Below are positions 1 to 8,990 of a DNA stretch of 64,000 nucleotides, in pieces (positions within the stretch are counted from its first letter, which is position 1; each line of letters starts with the position of its first letter). Origin of the DNA: Bacteroidales bacterium. GTDB lineage: Bacteria > Bacteroidota > Bacteroidia > Bacteroidales > WCHB1-69. Position numbers and translations under genes: made by a program. Below the pieces are notes generated by a model. It searched no databases. It was given only the letters and a program-made list of their open reading frames with translations, and was not told the DNA's origin. The stretch covers positions 138,946-202,945 of the forward strand of contig JBGURP010000007.1 of NCBI GenBank assembly GCA_045132055.1, in the 5' to 3' direction.

Positions 1-10
1 CCCTTCTACC

Positions 11-46
11 CCCTAACTGCTAACTCTAAACTTTTAACTCTAAACC
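11..46. repeat. degenerate heptamer tandem repeat (CTAACTG/CTAACTC/TAAACTT/TTAACTC units)
   Basis: Read directly in the sequence. Upstream of the first CDS and belongs to the same repeat family as the other intergenic tracts. Confidence 0.6.
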
Positions 47-65
47 AAATAATCCCCCCATTTTT

Positions 66-2138
66 ATGATAAACCCCAAACTCATCAACCCCAAAAGCAT
101 CGTAATCTGCGGTGCCTCCAGTGACATTCACAAGCCGGGCGGCAAAGCCCTGAAAAATCTGTTGGAAAGTGCCTTCAAGGGCGAAGTCTATGCCGTGAAC
201 CCCAAGGAAGACGAGGTACAGGGCATCAAGTGCTACAAGCAGGTGGAAGACCTGCCGCAGGTAGATTGCGCCATCCTCTGCATCGCGGCCAAGTTCTGCG
301 CCCACACAGTGGACGTGCTGACGCAGCAGAAAGGGACGCAAGGCTTCATCATCGTCAGCGCGGGCTTCTCGGAGGAGAATGCCGAGGGTGCTGCCATTGA
401 GAAGCATATCGTGGATGCCATCAACGCCGTGGGCGGATCGCTCATCGGCCCCAACTGCACCGGTTTCCTCAACACCAACTATAGCGGCTGCTTCGACACC
501 CCGATCCCGAAACTCGACCCCAAGGGAGTGGATTTCATCACGGGTAGCGGTGCCACCGCTGTTTTTATCAAGGAATACGGCATGAGCAACGGCCTGAAAT
601 TCAACAGTGTGTGGGCTGTGGGCAACAGCGCACAACTCGGCATTGAGGATGTATTGGAGCATCTGGACGAGACCTTCGATCCCGAGAAGTCCAGCCACGT
701 CATCATGCTCTACATGGAGAAAATCGGCGATCCGCAACGTTTGCTGAAGCATAGCCGTAACCTCATCAACAAGGGCTGTAAAATCGCGGCCATTAAGTCC
801 GGAGGTTCCGCTGCCGGCTCGCGTGCGGCTTCGTCGCACACCGGCGCACTGGCCACCAATGATGCTGCTGTCGATGCCCTGTTCCAGAAAGCCGGCATCG
901 TGCGCTGCCACAACCGTCAGGAGCTGACCACTGTCTGCGCTGTCTTCATGCATCCTGAGATCAAGGGCAATCGCTGCGCGGTCATCACCCACGCCGGCGG
1001 CCCCGCTGTGATGCTCACCGACGTGTTGAGCAACGGCGGAATAGAGGTACCCCCACTCAAGGATCACCCAGCTAGCCCCGCGCTGCTCGCCAAACTCTTC
1101 GGAGGTTCTTCCGTGGGCAACCCCATCGACTTCCTCGCCACCGGCACCGCCGAACAACTCGGCTATATCATCGACACGGTCGAGAACGAGTACACCGACA
1201 TTGACTTTTCCGTGGTTATCTTCGGCTCACCGGGTCTCTTCTCCAACAAGGAGGTCTATGACCTGCTGGATGAAAAGATGAAGACCTGCAAGAAGCCCAT
1301 CTTCCCTGTGCTACCGTCCATCATCAACGTGAAACAGGAGATCGAGGACTTCATCGCCAAGGGACGCATCAACTTCCCGGAGGAGTGTGTGTTAGGCAAC
1401 GCCCTCGTCAAAGTGTGGAACACCCCGAAACCGCAACCCGAGCATGTGGAACTGCCACAGGTGGATGTAGCCCGCATCCGCAAGACCATCGAGCGCTGCG
1501 AGAGCGGTTATCTGGAGATTGCCGATTACAACGAGCTGTTGGACGCCGCCGGCATCTCCCGCAAGAAGTCTGTGGAAGTGGATAAGAAAGAAGATGCGTT
1601 GGCATTCGCCAAAGAGGTAAACTGCGGCAAGGACACGCCGTTGGTCATGAAGGTCGTGGGTCCGCTGCACAAGTCCGATGTGGGCGGCGTAACGCTCAAT
1701 GTGAAAGATCTCGACACCGTCGGCAAGGAGTTCGACCGCCTGATGGCGATCAAGGACACTTACGCCGTGGAGATGTACCCGATGTTGGACGGTACGGACG
1801 TCTATATTGGCGCTATCCGCGACGAGAAGTTCGGCCATCAGATCTTCTTCGGTTTGGGCGGCATCTTTATCGAAGTGCTCAAGGATGTGCAGTCCGCGTT
1901 GGCTCCCATCACGGCTGACGAGGCCAAGCAGATGCTCACGAAGTTGCGTGGCTACAAGATCCTGCAAGGTGTGCGCGGCCAGGAGCCCGTCAACATCGAC
2001 CTCTACGCAGAGCAGGTCGCCCGCGTGAGCGCGCTGGTGCAGGCCGCTCCCGAAATCGTGGAGATGGACCTCAACCCGCTGCTCGGCAACCCGCGCTACG
2101 TGACTGCAGTGGATGCGAGAATCCGAATCGAAAAATAA
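66..2138 (+). CDS. ADP-forming acyl-CoA synthetase / acetate--CoA ligase family protein (CoA-binding, CoA-ligase and ATP-grasp domains)
   Basis: 690-aa ORF. N-terminal CoA-binding motif (IVICGASSDIHKPGG), CoA-ligase-like core (GPNCTGF, SHTGALA) and C-terminal ATP-grasp region (MKVVGPLHKSDVGGV). Confidence 0.8.
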   Translation: MINPKLINPKSIVICGASSDIHKPGGKALKNLLESAFKGEVYAVNPKEDEVQGIKCYKQVEDLPQVDCAILCIAAKFCAHTVDVLTQQKGTQGFIIVSAGFSEENAEGAAIEKHIVDAINAVGGSLIGPNCTGFLNTNYSGCFDTPIPKLDPKGVDFITGSGATAVFIKEYGMSNGLKFNSVWAVGNSAQLGIEDVLEHLDETFDPEKSSHVIMLYMEKIGDPQRLLKHSRNLINKGCKIAAIKSGGSAAGSRAASSHTGALATNDAAVDALFQKAGIVRCHNRQELTTVCAVFMHPEIKGNRCAVITHAGGPAVMLTDVLSNGGIEVPPLKDHPASPALLAKLFGGSSVGNPIDFLATGTAEQLGYIIDTVENEYTDIDFSVVIFGSPGLFSNKEVYDLLDEKMKTCKKPIFPVLPSIINVKQEIEDFIAKGRINFPEECVLGNALVKVWNTPKPQPEHVELPQVDVARIRKTIERCESGYLEIADYNELLDAAGISRKKSVEVDKKEDALAFAKEVNCGKDTPLVMKVVGPLHKSDVGGVTLNVKDLDTVGKEFDRLMAIKDTYAVEMYPMLDGTDVYIGAIRDEKFGHQIFFGLGGIFIEVLKDVQSALAPITADEAKQMLTKLRGYKILQGVRGQEPVNIDLYAEQVARVSALVQAAPEIVEMDLNPLLGNPRYVTAVDARIRIEK

Positions 2139-2144
2139 ATAAAC

Positions 2145-2165
2145 GATTAGAGATTAGAGATGAGG
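2145..2165 (+). repeat. GATTAGA GATTAGA GATGAGG heptamer repeat just after the stop codon
   Basis: Three phased heptads seen directly, 7 nt after the stop at 2136-2138. Confidence 0.7.
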
Positions 2166-2196
2166 AAATGGCTGCAGACATTTCCTCTTTTTTTTC
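2162..2196 (+). terminator. intrinsic terminator
   Basis: Hairpin GAGGAAATG / CATTTCCTC with an 8-nt loop, followed by a T8 run. Confidence 0.75.
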
Positions 2197-2263
2197 TCGG
2201 CACCTTTGCAATTTTTACCGTCTTCATATCGTTAATTGAAAGTTCATTTTTAATCCGCGCTTT

Positions 2264-4720
2264 ATGAAACGGCTCCTCCCCTTTTTCCTGCTGATAGCCA
2301 TGGCAAACATACTTTCAGCTCAAAGCCAATATGCCATTACGGGCACTTTGATCGATTCCCTGAACAAAGAGAAAGTGATGTTTGCCACCATCGGGTTGCT
2401 AACCCCGGACTCCACCGCACAAATGGTGGGCAGGTCTCTGTCGGACGCACAAGGCAAGTTCCAGATTTCCAATGTTCCTGCCGGAGAGTATCGTTTCGTG
2501 GCATCCTTGGTGGGCTATGAGATGCTCAACATTCCCTTGACGGTGAGTGGAGAGAGCCGGACTATTGACATGGGAGATGTTTCCATGCACAAGACGAGCA
2601 CCGATTTAGAGGAGGTGAAAATCATTGGCGAAAAACCGGTTTATATGGTGGATGGCGAAAAGACGCTCTACAACGTGGCCGAGGACCCCACCATCCAGTC
2701 GGGCACGGCTGCGGATGCTTTGCAGAACGCGCCCGGCGTAGAGGTGGACGTAGAGGGAAATGTGACGCTGCGCGGCGTTTCCTCCGTGGAGATCTGGATC
2801 AACAACAAGCCCTCCAACATGAATGCCGAGGCGCTCAAGCAGTTCATCCAGCAGATGCCTGCGGGCAGCATTGAGAAAATAGAGGTCATCACCAACCCCT
2901 CCGCACGCTACAGCGCACAGGGCAACGGCGGCATCATCAATATCATCACGACTTCCAAAATCAAGAAGAACAGCTTTCTCAGCTTCGGCTTGCGCGGTTC
3001 CTCCACGCCCGACATCACCCCCTTTATCTCATACGTCTATGCCAACGAGAAGTTCTCCATCAGCACTTACCTCAACTACTCCTACAGCATCAACAAGGAC
3101 ATGAACGAATCCTTCAGCACCATTCTGACTAATGAGGGAGACACCTCCAGCACCACCCATAGCATCTACGAAATCCGACAACCCTCGCACAACATTGGCG
3201 TGTATATAAACGGTTCATATTCGCCGGACACCATGAACAGTCTTTACTTTTGGGCAGGGACTTACCCTCAAATTGGAAGCCATACTCTTTCGGATTCCAC
3301 TTATTACCAAGAGTATATCTTCAACCCTGGCGACCGTTCATATTATCACAATCAGGTTTCCCACTACACAGGTGCTGGCGGTTACGGCGGACTCTGGTAC
3401 GAGCACAAGTTCAACAGCAGGGGGCACAAAATCAGCACCGACGCGAGTTTTTGGACTTGGGCAAGCAAGAGCAGCGGTGACGATGTCCGTGACTATCTCT
3501 TTATGGACCATTTGGACAAGAATAAAAGATATGAACAAAAGTACAGCATGGTGGGGGTTGATGCCTCCATTGACTACACTATTCCTTACCACAAGGACGG
3601 GGAGATTGAATTGGGTGTGTCGGGAAGCTATGATCCTCGTTTGAATTATTACCGGCTTGACACGTTAGTTTTTTCCACGGACGAGTACGTGATGGACCAG
3701 TTGCGTTCCAAGGATGTGCGGGCCCACAATGGCAGCGTTGACGCATACGTGACGTTGCAACATCGTTTTGGCGGTTTCACCCTCAAGGGTGGCCTGCGTA
3801 CGGAGTATGAAATATACAACCTGCTGATGCTCAATTCGCCTGCCGACAATGTGCACAAGGGTTATTGGGGACTTTATCCTTCCCTCCATCTGAGCTATCG
3901 CACCAAAAACATGCACAACTTCAAGCTCAGCTACACGCGCCGTGTGAACAACCCCGATGGTGATAACCTTACCACATACATAGATTACGGAGAGGATGAG
4001 TACAGCACTGGAAATCCTGATTTACGGCAGACCTTCACCAACTCCATAGAGGCTGGATGGACCAAGTACATCAACAAGTTCGGCAATGTCGGCATCAACG
4101 CCTGGTTCAAGAACAGCAAGGACGAGTTCAGTTCGCAATCGGATGTGGCTTACAGTCCTTTCTTCGGACGTTATGTCACCTTCACGATGCCGGTCAATGC
4201 GGGCAAGTCGCTCAACACGGGCGCGGAATTGAACGTGATGTACCGCCTCAAATCCTTCATGAATATCCGCTTCTATGCCAATGTTTATTACATGAAATCT
4301 TCTTTCCAATTCCGTAAAGAGGAAACACCTTACACAGTTGATAATTTGGGTTACAGTTTCCGTCTGAACTTCTGGGCCAAGATGTGGGATGTGCTGGAGG
4401 TGAACGCCTCGGCCAATTACAGTTCCAAGAGTGTATCCATGTTCACGGTCACGCGCCCGCGCTACAGCATTGATGCCGGATTGCGAGCTGAATTCTGGAA
4501 GCGCCGCATCTCCATCCATTTGGATGTACATGACATCTTCAACTGGAACAAGACCACCACCGATATCAACAATCCCTATTACACATCGAACAGTACCAGT
4601 TGGAGCAGTTGGATGGGCCGCAGCATCCGTGCGGGTATCACCTTCAAGTTCGGCAAGATGGAGCTGGAGGGTGCGCAGGCGCAAGCCCAGGGAGGCGGTG
4701 GCCAAGGGATGGGGATGTAA
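2264..4720 (+). CDS. TonB-dependent-receptor-like outer membrane beta-barrel protein with N-terminal carboxypeptidase-regulatory-like domain
   Basis: 818 aa. Signal peptide (LLIAMANILSAQ), CarboxypepD_reg-like start (ITGTLIDS...GKFQISNVPAGEYRFVASLVGY), plug-like region (NAPGVEVD..GNVTLRG) and alternating beta-strand C-terminus (GITFKFG). Confidence 0.8.
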   Translation: MKRLLPFFLLIAMANILSAQSQYAITGTLIDSLNKEKVMFATIGLLTPDSTAQMVGRSLSDAQGKFQISNVPAGEYRFVASLVGYEMLNIPLTVSGESRTIDMGDVSMHKTSTDLEEVKIIGEKPVYMVDGEKTLYNVAEDPTIQSGTAADALQNAPGVEVDVEGNVTLRGVSSVEIWINNKPSNMNAEALKQFIQQMPAGSIEKIEVITNPSARYSAQGNGGIINIITTSKIKKNSFLSFGLRGSSTPDITPFISYVYANEKFSISTYLNYSYSINKDMNESFSTILTNEGDTSSTTHSIYEIRQPSHNIGVYINGSYSPDTMNSLYFWAGTYPQIGSHTLSDSTYYQEYIFNPGDRSYYHNQVSHYTGAGGYGGLWYEHKFNSRGHKISTDASFWTWASKSSGDDVRDYLFMDHLDKNKRYEQKYSMVGVDASIDYTIPYHKDGEIELGVSGSYDPRLNYYRLDTLVFSTDEYVMDQLRSKDVRAHNGSVDAYVTLQHRFGGFTLKGGLRTEYEIYNLLMLNSPADNVHKGYWGLYPSLHLSYRTKNMHNFKLSYTRRVNNPDGDNLTTYIDYGEDEYSTGNPDLRQTFTNSIEAGWTKYINKFGNVGINAWFKNSKDEFSSQSDVAYSPFFGRYVTFTMPVNAGKSLNTGAELNVMYRLKSFMNIRFYANVYYMKSSFQFRKEETPYTVDNLGYSFRLNFWAKMWDVLEVNASANYSSKSVSMFTVTRPRYSIDAGLRAEFWKRRISIHLDVHDIFNWNKTTTDINNPYYTSNSTSWSSWMGRSIRAGITFKFGKMELEGAQAQAQGGGGQGMGM

Positions 4721-4732
4721 GGATTTTTTTCT

Positions 4733-4740
4733 TATCTTTG
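4733..4740 (+). promoter_or_regulatory. Bacteroidota sigma-A -7 box TATCTTTG (consensus TAnnTTTG) for ppdK
   Basis: Exact TAnnTTTG match about 45 nt upstream of the ppdK ATG. Confidence 0.55.
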
Positions 4741-4785
4741 CACCTCCAAAAAACGAAACTGATTTATTAACTTAAAATCTTGAAT

Positions 4786-7506
4786 ATGAGCAACGTTAAG
4801 TACGTTTATACCTTTGGTGGAAAGACAGCTGAAGGTAAAGCTGACATGAAAAACCTGCTGGGTGGCAAGGGTGCCAACCTCGCTGAAATGTGTCTTTTGG
4901 GTCTCCCTGTACCCGCCGGTCTGACCATCACCACAGAATGCTGCACCGCATACTATGCTAACAACTGCGAACTTCCCGCAGGCTTGATGGATGAAGTGTG
5001 GGCTGGCATGAAGAACGTGGAAAACATCATGGGCCTCAAATACGACGATGCCGAAAATCCTCTGCTCGTCTCCTGCCGCTCTGGCGCACGCAGCTCCATG
5101 CCCGGCATGATGGACACCGTACTTAACATCGGTCTCAGCTCCAAGACGCTCCCCGGCCTCATCAAGAAAACCAACAACCCCCGCTTCGTCTATGACTCCT
5201 ACCGTCGTCTCATCATGATGTACGCCGACGTGGTGATGGAAAAAGCCGAGGGCATTGAACCCGCCGACGGCAAGGGCATCCGCAAGATTTTGGATGACAT
5301 GCTCGATGAGTTCAAATCCATGAAGGGCTACAAGAGCGACACGGAAATCACCGCAGAGGAACTCCTCAAACTCGCCGATGCTTTCAAGGCGAAAATCAAA
5401 GAGGTACTCGGCACTGAGTTCCCGGATGATGCCAAGGCTCAGCTCGAAGGCGGTATCAAAGCCGTGTTCAAGAGCTGGAACGGCAAGAAGGCCATCTCCT
5501 ACCGTCGCATCGAAGGTATTCCAGATGACTGGGGTACCGCAGTGAACGTGCAAGCCATGGTGTTCGGCAACATGGGTGACAACTCCGCTACCGGTGTGGC
5601 TTTCACCCGTAACCCCGCCACAGGCGACAACCAGTTCTACGGCGAATGGCTCATCAACGCACAAGGCGAGGATGTGGTGGCCGGTATCCGTACCCCCAAC
5701 CCGCTGAACGACGAAACCAAGAACGAGCAGAACAAGATGATGCACTCCATGCAGGAGCTGATGCCCGAGACTTACAAAGAGCTTTGCGACATCCGCGAAA
5801 TCTTGGAGAAGAACTACCACGACATGCTGGATGTGGAGTTCACCATCCAGGAAGGCAAGCTCTACATGCTGCAATGCCGCGTGGGCAAACGTACCGGTGT
5901 GGCCGCTCTGACCATGGCACTGGATATGTTGCACGAAGGCCTCATTGATGAGAAGGAAGTGGTGATGCGTCTCACGCCTGCTCAACTCGACGAGTTGTTG
6001 CACCCGATTCTGGATGCCGCTGACGAAAAGAAACATGAAGTTATCGCCAAAGGTCTGCCCGCAGGCCCTGGCGGTGCTGTTGGTGTTATCGCATTGGACA
6101 GCGAGACTTCCAAAGCTTATACTGAGAAGAAAATCAAGAACATCCTCGTCCGTGAGGAGACTAACCCGGAAGATGTGGAGGGTATGCGTTCTGCAACGGG
6201 TATCCTGACCGCTCGCGGTGGTATGACCTCCCACGCCGCTCTCGTGGCCCGTGGTTGGGGCAAGTGCTGCATCGTGGGCTGCGACGCCGTGAAAATCGAC
6301 ATGGCCAGCCGCACCGTCACCATCGCCGGCAAAACCTTCAAAGAGGGCGACCTGCTGAGCTTGAACGGCTCCAAAGGCTGGGTCTATGCTGAAGAGGTGA
6401 AGATGATTGACGCCACCGAGAATCCGCTCTTCCAAGAGTTCATGAAGCTGGTGGACAAATACCGCACCATGGGTGTGCGTACCAACGCCGACAACCCGGA
6501 GGATGCCCAGAACGCCATCAACTTCGGCGCTGAAGGTATCGGTCTGTTCCGTATCGAGCACATGTTCTACGGCAAGAACAGCGAGAAACCGCTGGAGAAG
6601 CTGCGCAACATGATTCTTTCCGACACCTTGGAGGAGCGCGTTTCCGCTCTCAAGGAACTGGAACCCTACATCAAAGAAGCTGCCAAGGGCACTTTGAAGG
6701 TGATGGACGGCAAACCGCTCACCTTCCGCTTGATGGACCCGCCGTTGCATGAGTTCGTTCCGCAAACAGAAGACAAACAACGCGAAAAAGCCAAAGAACG
6801 CGGCATCAGCTTCGAGGAAATCAAGAAGCGCATCGACGCTCTTCACGAGGTGAACCCGATGATGGGCTTGCGTGGTGTACGTCTCGGCATTATCTATTCC
6901 GAAATCACCGAAACCCAGTTCCGCGCTCTGTTTGAGGCCACGGCTGAGTTGATGAAAGAAGGCTTCGACCCGCATTTGGAAATCATGGTTCCGCTCACCA
7001 TCAACGTGAAGGAGCTGGAGCATCAAAAAGCCATCGCCGACCGCGTGCTGGCAGAAGTGGAAGCCAAGTTTGGCGTCAAAATCGAGTATCTGTTCGGCAC
7101 GATGATCGAGATTCCGCGCGCTACGTTAGTGGCCGACAAGATTGCCTCCGTAGCCCAGTTCTTCTCCTTCGGTACCAACGACCTCACCCAGATGACCTTC
7201 GGTTTCTCCCGCGACGATGTAAACGCTATCGTTCACGAGTATGTCGATCAGAAGATTATCCCTGCCGATCCGTTCAACACTTTGGATCAGGAGGGTGTTG
7301 GCCAATTGGTGAAACTCGGTGTGGAGCGTGGTCGCAGCACCCGCGCTAACTTGAAGTGCGGTGTTTGCGGTGAGCACGGTGGTGATCCCGCTTCTGTAGA
7401 GTTCTTCTACAAGGCTGGCATGACCTACGTGTCCTGCTCTCCGTTCCGCGTGCCGGTGGCCCGTTTGGCAGCCGCCCAAGCAGCAATAAAAGATGAGAGA
7501 AAATAG
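4786..7506 (+). CDS. ppdK: pyruvate, phosphate dikinase
   Basis: About 906 aa. N-terminal ATP-grasp region (GGKGANLAEM), swivel phospho-histidine motif (GGMTSHAALVARG) and C-terminal PEP-utilising TIM-barrel motif (FFSFGTNDLTQ). The start was moved from TTG 4780 to ATG 4786. Confidence 0.95.
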   Translation: MSNVKYVYTFGGKTAEGKADMKNLLGGKGANLAEMCLLGLPVPAGLTITTECCTAYYANNCELPAGLMDEVWAGMKNVENIMGLKYDDAENPLLVSCRSGARSSMPGMMDTVLNIGLSSKTLPGLIKKTNNPRFVYDSYRRLIMMYADVVMEKAEGIEPADGKGIRKILDDMLDEFKSMKGYKSDTEITAEELLKLADAFKAKIKEVLGTEFPDDAKAQLEGGIKAVFKSWNGKKAISYRRIEGIPDDWGTAVNVQAMVFGNMGDNSATGVAFTRNPATGDNQFYGEWLINAQGEDVVAGIRTPNPLNDETKNEQNKMMHSMQELMPETYKELCDIREILEKNYHDMLDVEFTIQEGKLYMLQCRVGKRTGVAALTMALDMLHEGLIDEKEVVMRLTPAQLDELLHPILDAADEKKHEVIAKGLPAGPGGAVGVIALDSETSKAYTEKKIKNILVREETNPEDVEGMRSATGILTARGGMTSHAALVARGWGKCCIVGCDAVKIDMASRTVTIAGKTFKEGDLLSLNGSKGWVYAEEVKMIDATENPLFQEFMKLVDKYRTMGVRTNADNPEDAQNAINFGAEGIGLFRIEHMFYGKNSEKPLEKLRNMILSDTLEERVSALKELEPYIKEAAKGTLKVMDGKPLTFRLMDPPLHEFVPQTEDKQREKAKERGISFEEIKKRIDALHEVNPMMGLRGVRLGIIYSEITETQFRALFEATAELMKEGFDPHLEIMVPLTINVKELEHQKAIADRVLAEVEAKFGVKIEYLFGTMIEIPRATLVADKIASVAQFFSFGTNDLTQMTFGFSRDDVNAIVHEYVDQKIIPADPFNTLDQEGVGQLVKLGVERGRSTRANLKCGVCGEHGGDPASVEFFYKAGMTYVSCSPFRVPVARLAAAQAAIKDERK

Positions 7507-7523
7507 ATGAGAGATTAGAGATA
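7492..7523 (+). repeat. phased heptamer repeat GATGAGA GAAAATA GATGAGA GATTAGA GATA overlapping the ppdK stop
   Basis: Perfect 7-nt phasing. Covers the last four codons and the TAG stop (7504-7506) of ppdK. Confidence 0.7.
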
Positions 7524-7530
7524 ACCTGTA

Positions 7531-7559
7531 GAGACGCGGCATGCCGCGTCTCTTTTTTT
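7531..7559 (+). terminator. intrinsic terminator
   Basis: 22-nt perfect palindrome GAGACGCGGCATGCCGCGTCTC followed by T7. Confidence 0.8.
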
Positions 7560-8910
7560 ATTGTTCCAACAACTCCGCATCCACCCCAAACAGCCGGGCG
7601 ATGTTGAACGCCTCCATGGGCACTTCGTCCGCGTCGGTCTCCACCAAGGAGTAGTCCATGTAATCGTGGATATTTCCGACGGTGATAGCCTGGTTCTCTT
7701 TCAGCTGCAAGCCTTTTACGCGCAGGCGTCGGCAGGTGGTGCTGATGCCGCTGTAGTGGGTGGTCACCAGGGTGGTAATGTGCAGCCTCTCGGCCAAGCG
7801 GAGATAGTTGCCCACCAGGATCTTGCCCTCTTCGGGGTTCGTGGTTCTGGCAAGCTCGTCCACCAAGGCCAGCACTTTGTACCCTTGACGACCTGCTTTG
7901 ATGATGCGGTCGATGGTGAGGATCTCCACGGCAAACGAGGAGAGTCCGCTGGTCTCCGACTGCTGGTCGCCGATGCTGCTGATGACCTCATCCACGATGG
8001 AGAGGGTGGCCTGTGTGGCGGGAATGAAAAAGCCGAACTGGAACAGGTACTGCGCTAATGATACAGTCTTGAGCAACACTGACTTGCCAGCCATGTTGGC
8101 ACCGGTGATGAGTACGGCCTCGTTGCCGAAGCGGATGTCAATGGGTTGGAAGGCCTTGCCGCGTTCTTTCAGCGCACTGTCCACCTCTGGGTTCACCATC
8201 TGTATCAACTCACTGAACTGCCCAACGGCAGGGCGGCAAGCGTGCCACTCGAGGGCAAGCCGTGCCTTCGCTAGCACGAGATCGAAATGGGCAAGCGTAT
8301 CCAGATTGTCGGCAATGCCCTTGCCATACGGCACGAGTTGAGACGACAGCTGCGTGCGTATGCGGTCTTCCACCTTCTGCGCCTGGAATCGGTATTCTTC
8401 CGCCTCGGCCACGCTTTTGGCATTGTCGATGCGTTCGCGCCAAGTGGCCAGTTCGTGATCGTAGGCCGAATAAATGTAGAAGTGCGGTATGTTAGTATGC
8501 TCTGGGTCGAGCATCGCCACCACTGCATCCATGTTGGTCAACGGGAAACTCTCGCACTCAATGACCTTAAGGTCATCGGCAATCTTTCGGGTGAGGATGG
8601 CTGTTTTCTTGATTTCAAACAACTGGATATCGTCCAGCACACGGCCGTCCGACAGGGCGTTCAGCGTGGGACGGATATCATTGATTTGATGCAGATGGTT
8701 GCGAATATGCGTGATTTTGGTGCGATATGACTCGTTTTGGAGTATCGCAACGGTCTTCTCCACCAAATCAAACTCTCCTTCTAACTCCTTCACATCAGTG
8801 CAAAACGGCAGATTCAACAGATAATGCCTCCCCAGATTGGAGGTCAGCTGAAGATGCTCGTACACATAGTGCAACGCCGGATTCTGTTCAAAGGAATTCT
8901 TAAAAAGCAT
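7558..8910 (-). CDS. MutS-related ATPase (MutS2-like core and ATPase domains only; no mismatch-binding or Smr domain)
   Basis: About 450 aa. Walker A ITGANMAGKSVLLKTV, MutS signature LALVDELARTTNPEEG and THY motif. An ATG at 8910 is preferred over TTG 8916. Confidence 0.7.
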   Translation of the reverse strand: MLFKNSFEQNPALHYVYEHLQLTSNLGRHYLLNLPFCTDVKELEGEFDLVEKTVAILQNESYRTKITHIRNHLHQINDIRPTLNALSDGRVLDDIQLFEIKKTAILTRKIADDLKVIECESFPLTNMDAVVAMLDPEHTNIPHFYIYSAYDHELATWRERIDNAKSVAEAEEYRFQAQKVEDRIRTQLSSQLVPYGKGIADNLDTLAHFDLVLAKARLALEWHACRPAVGQFSELIQMVNPEVDSALKERGKAFQPIDIRFGNEAVLITGANMAGKSVLLKTVSLAQYLFQFGFFIPATQATLSIVDEVISSIGDQQSETSGLSSFAVEILTIDRIIKAGRQGYKVLALVDELARTTNPEEGKILVGNYLRLAERLHITTLVTTHYSGISTTCRRLRVKGLQLKENQAITVGNIHDYMDYSLVETDADEVPMEAFNIARLFGVDAELLEQ

Positions 8911-8934
8911 ATCCAAATTCTTACAAAAAATATT

Positions 8935-8990
8935 TCATCTCTAATCTCCTCATCTCTAATCTCTAATCTCTCATCTCTCATCTAAAATCC
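8935..8990 (-). repeat. GATGAGA/GATTAGA-type heptamer tract (reads purine-rich on the minus strand)
   Basis: Starts immediately after the permease stop at 8991-8993 and fills the gap to the MutS-like gene. Confidence 0.7.

Noticed and set aside
6-1157. 383-aa ORF antisense to the acyl-CoA synthetase gene
   Set aside because: A shadow ORF opposite a motif-rich CDS, with no independent promoter, signal or domain evidence.
4663-4717. Gly/Gln-rich tail (ELEGAQAQAQGGGGQGMGM) after the terminal beta-strand of the TonB-dependent-like receptor
   Set aside because: As far as I recall, members of this beta-barrel family commonly carry short polar tails after the last strand. That is not enough to call it anomalous without an alignment.
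4732-7026. 764-aa ORF antisense to ppdK
   Set aside because: It lies entirely within and opposite to a well-supported conserved gene. The translated sequence is low-complexity (H/V/G/A-rich) with no recognisable motifs. This is a typical shadow ORF of a GC-rich, codon-biased gene.
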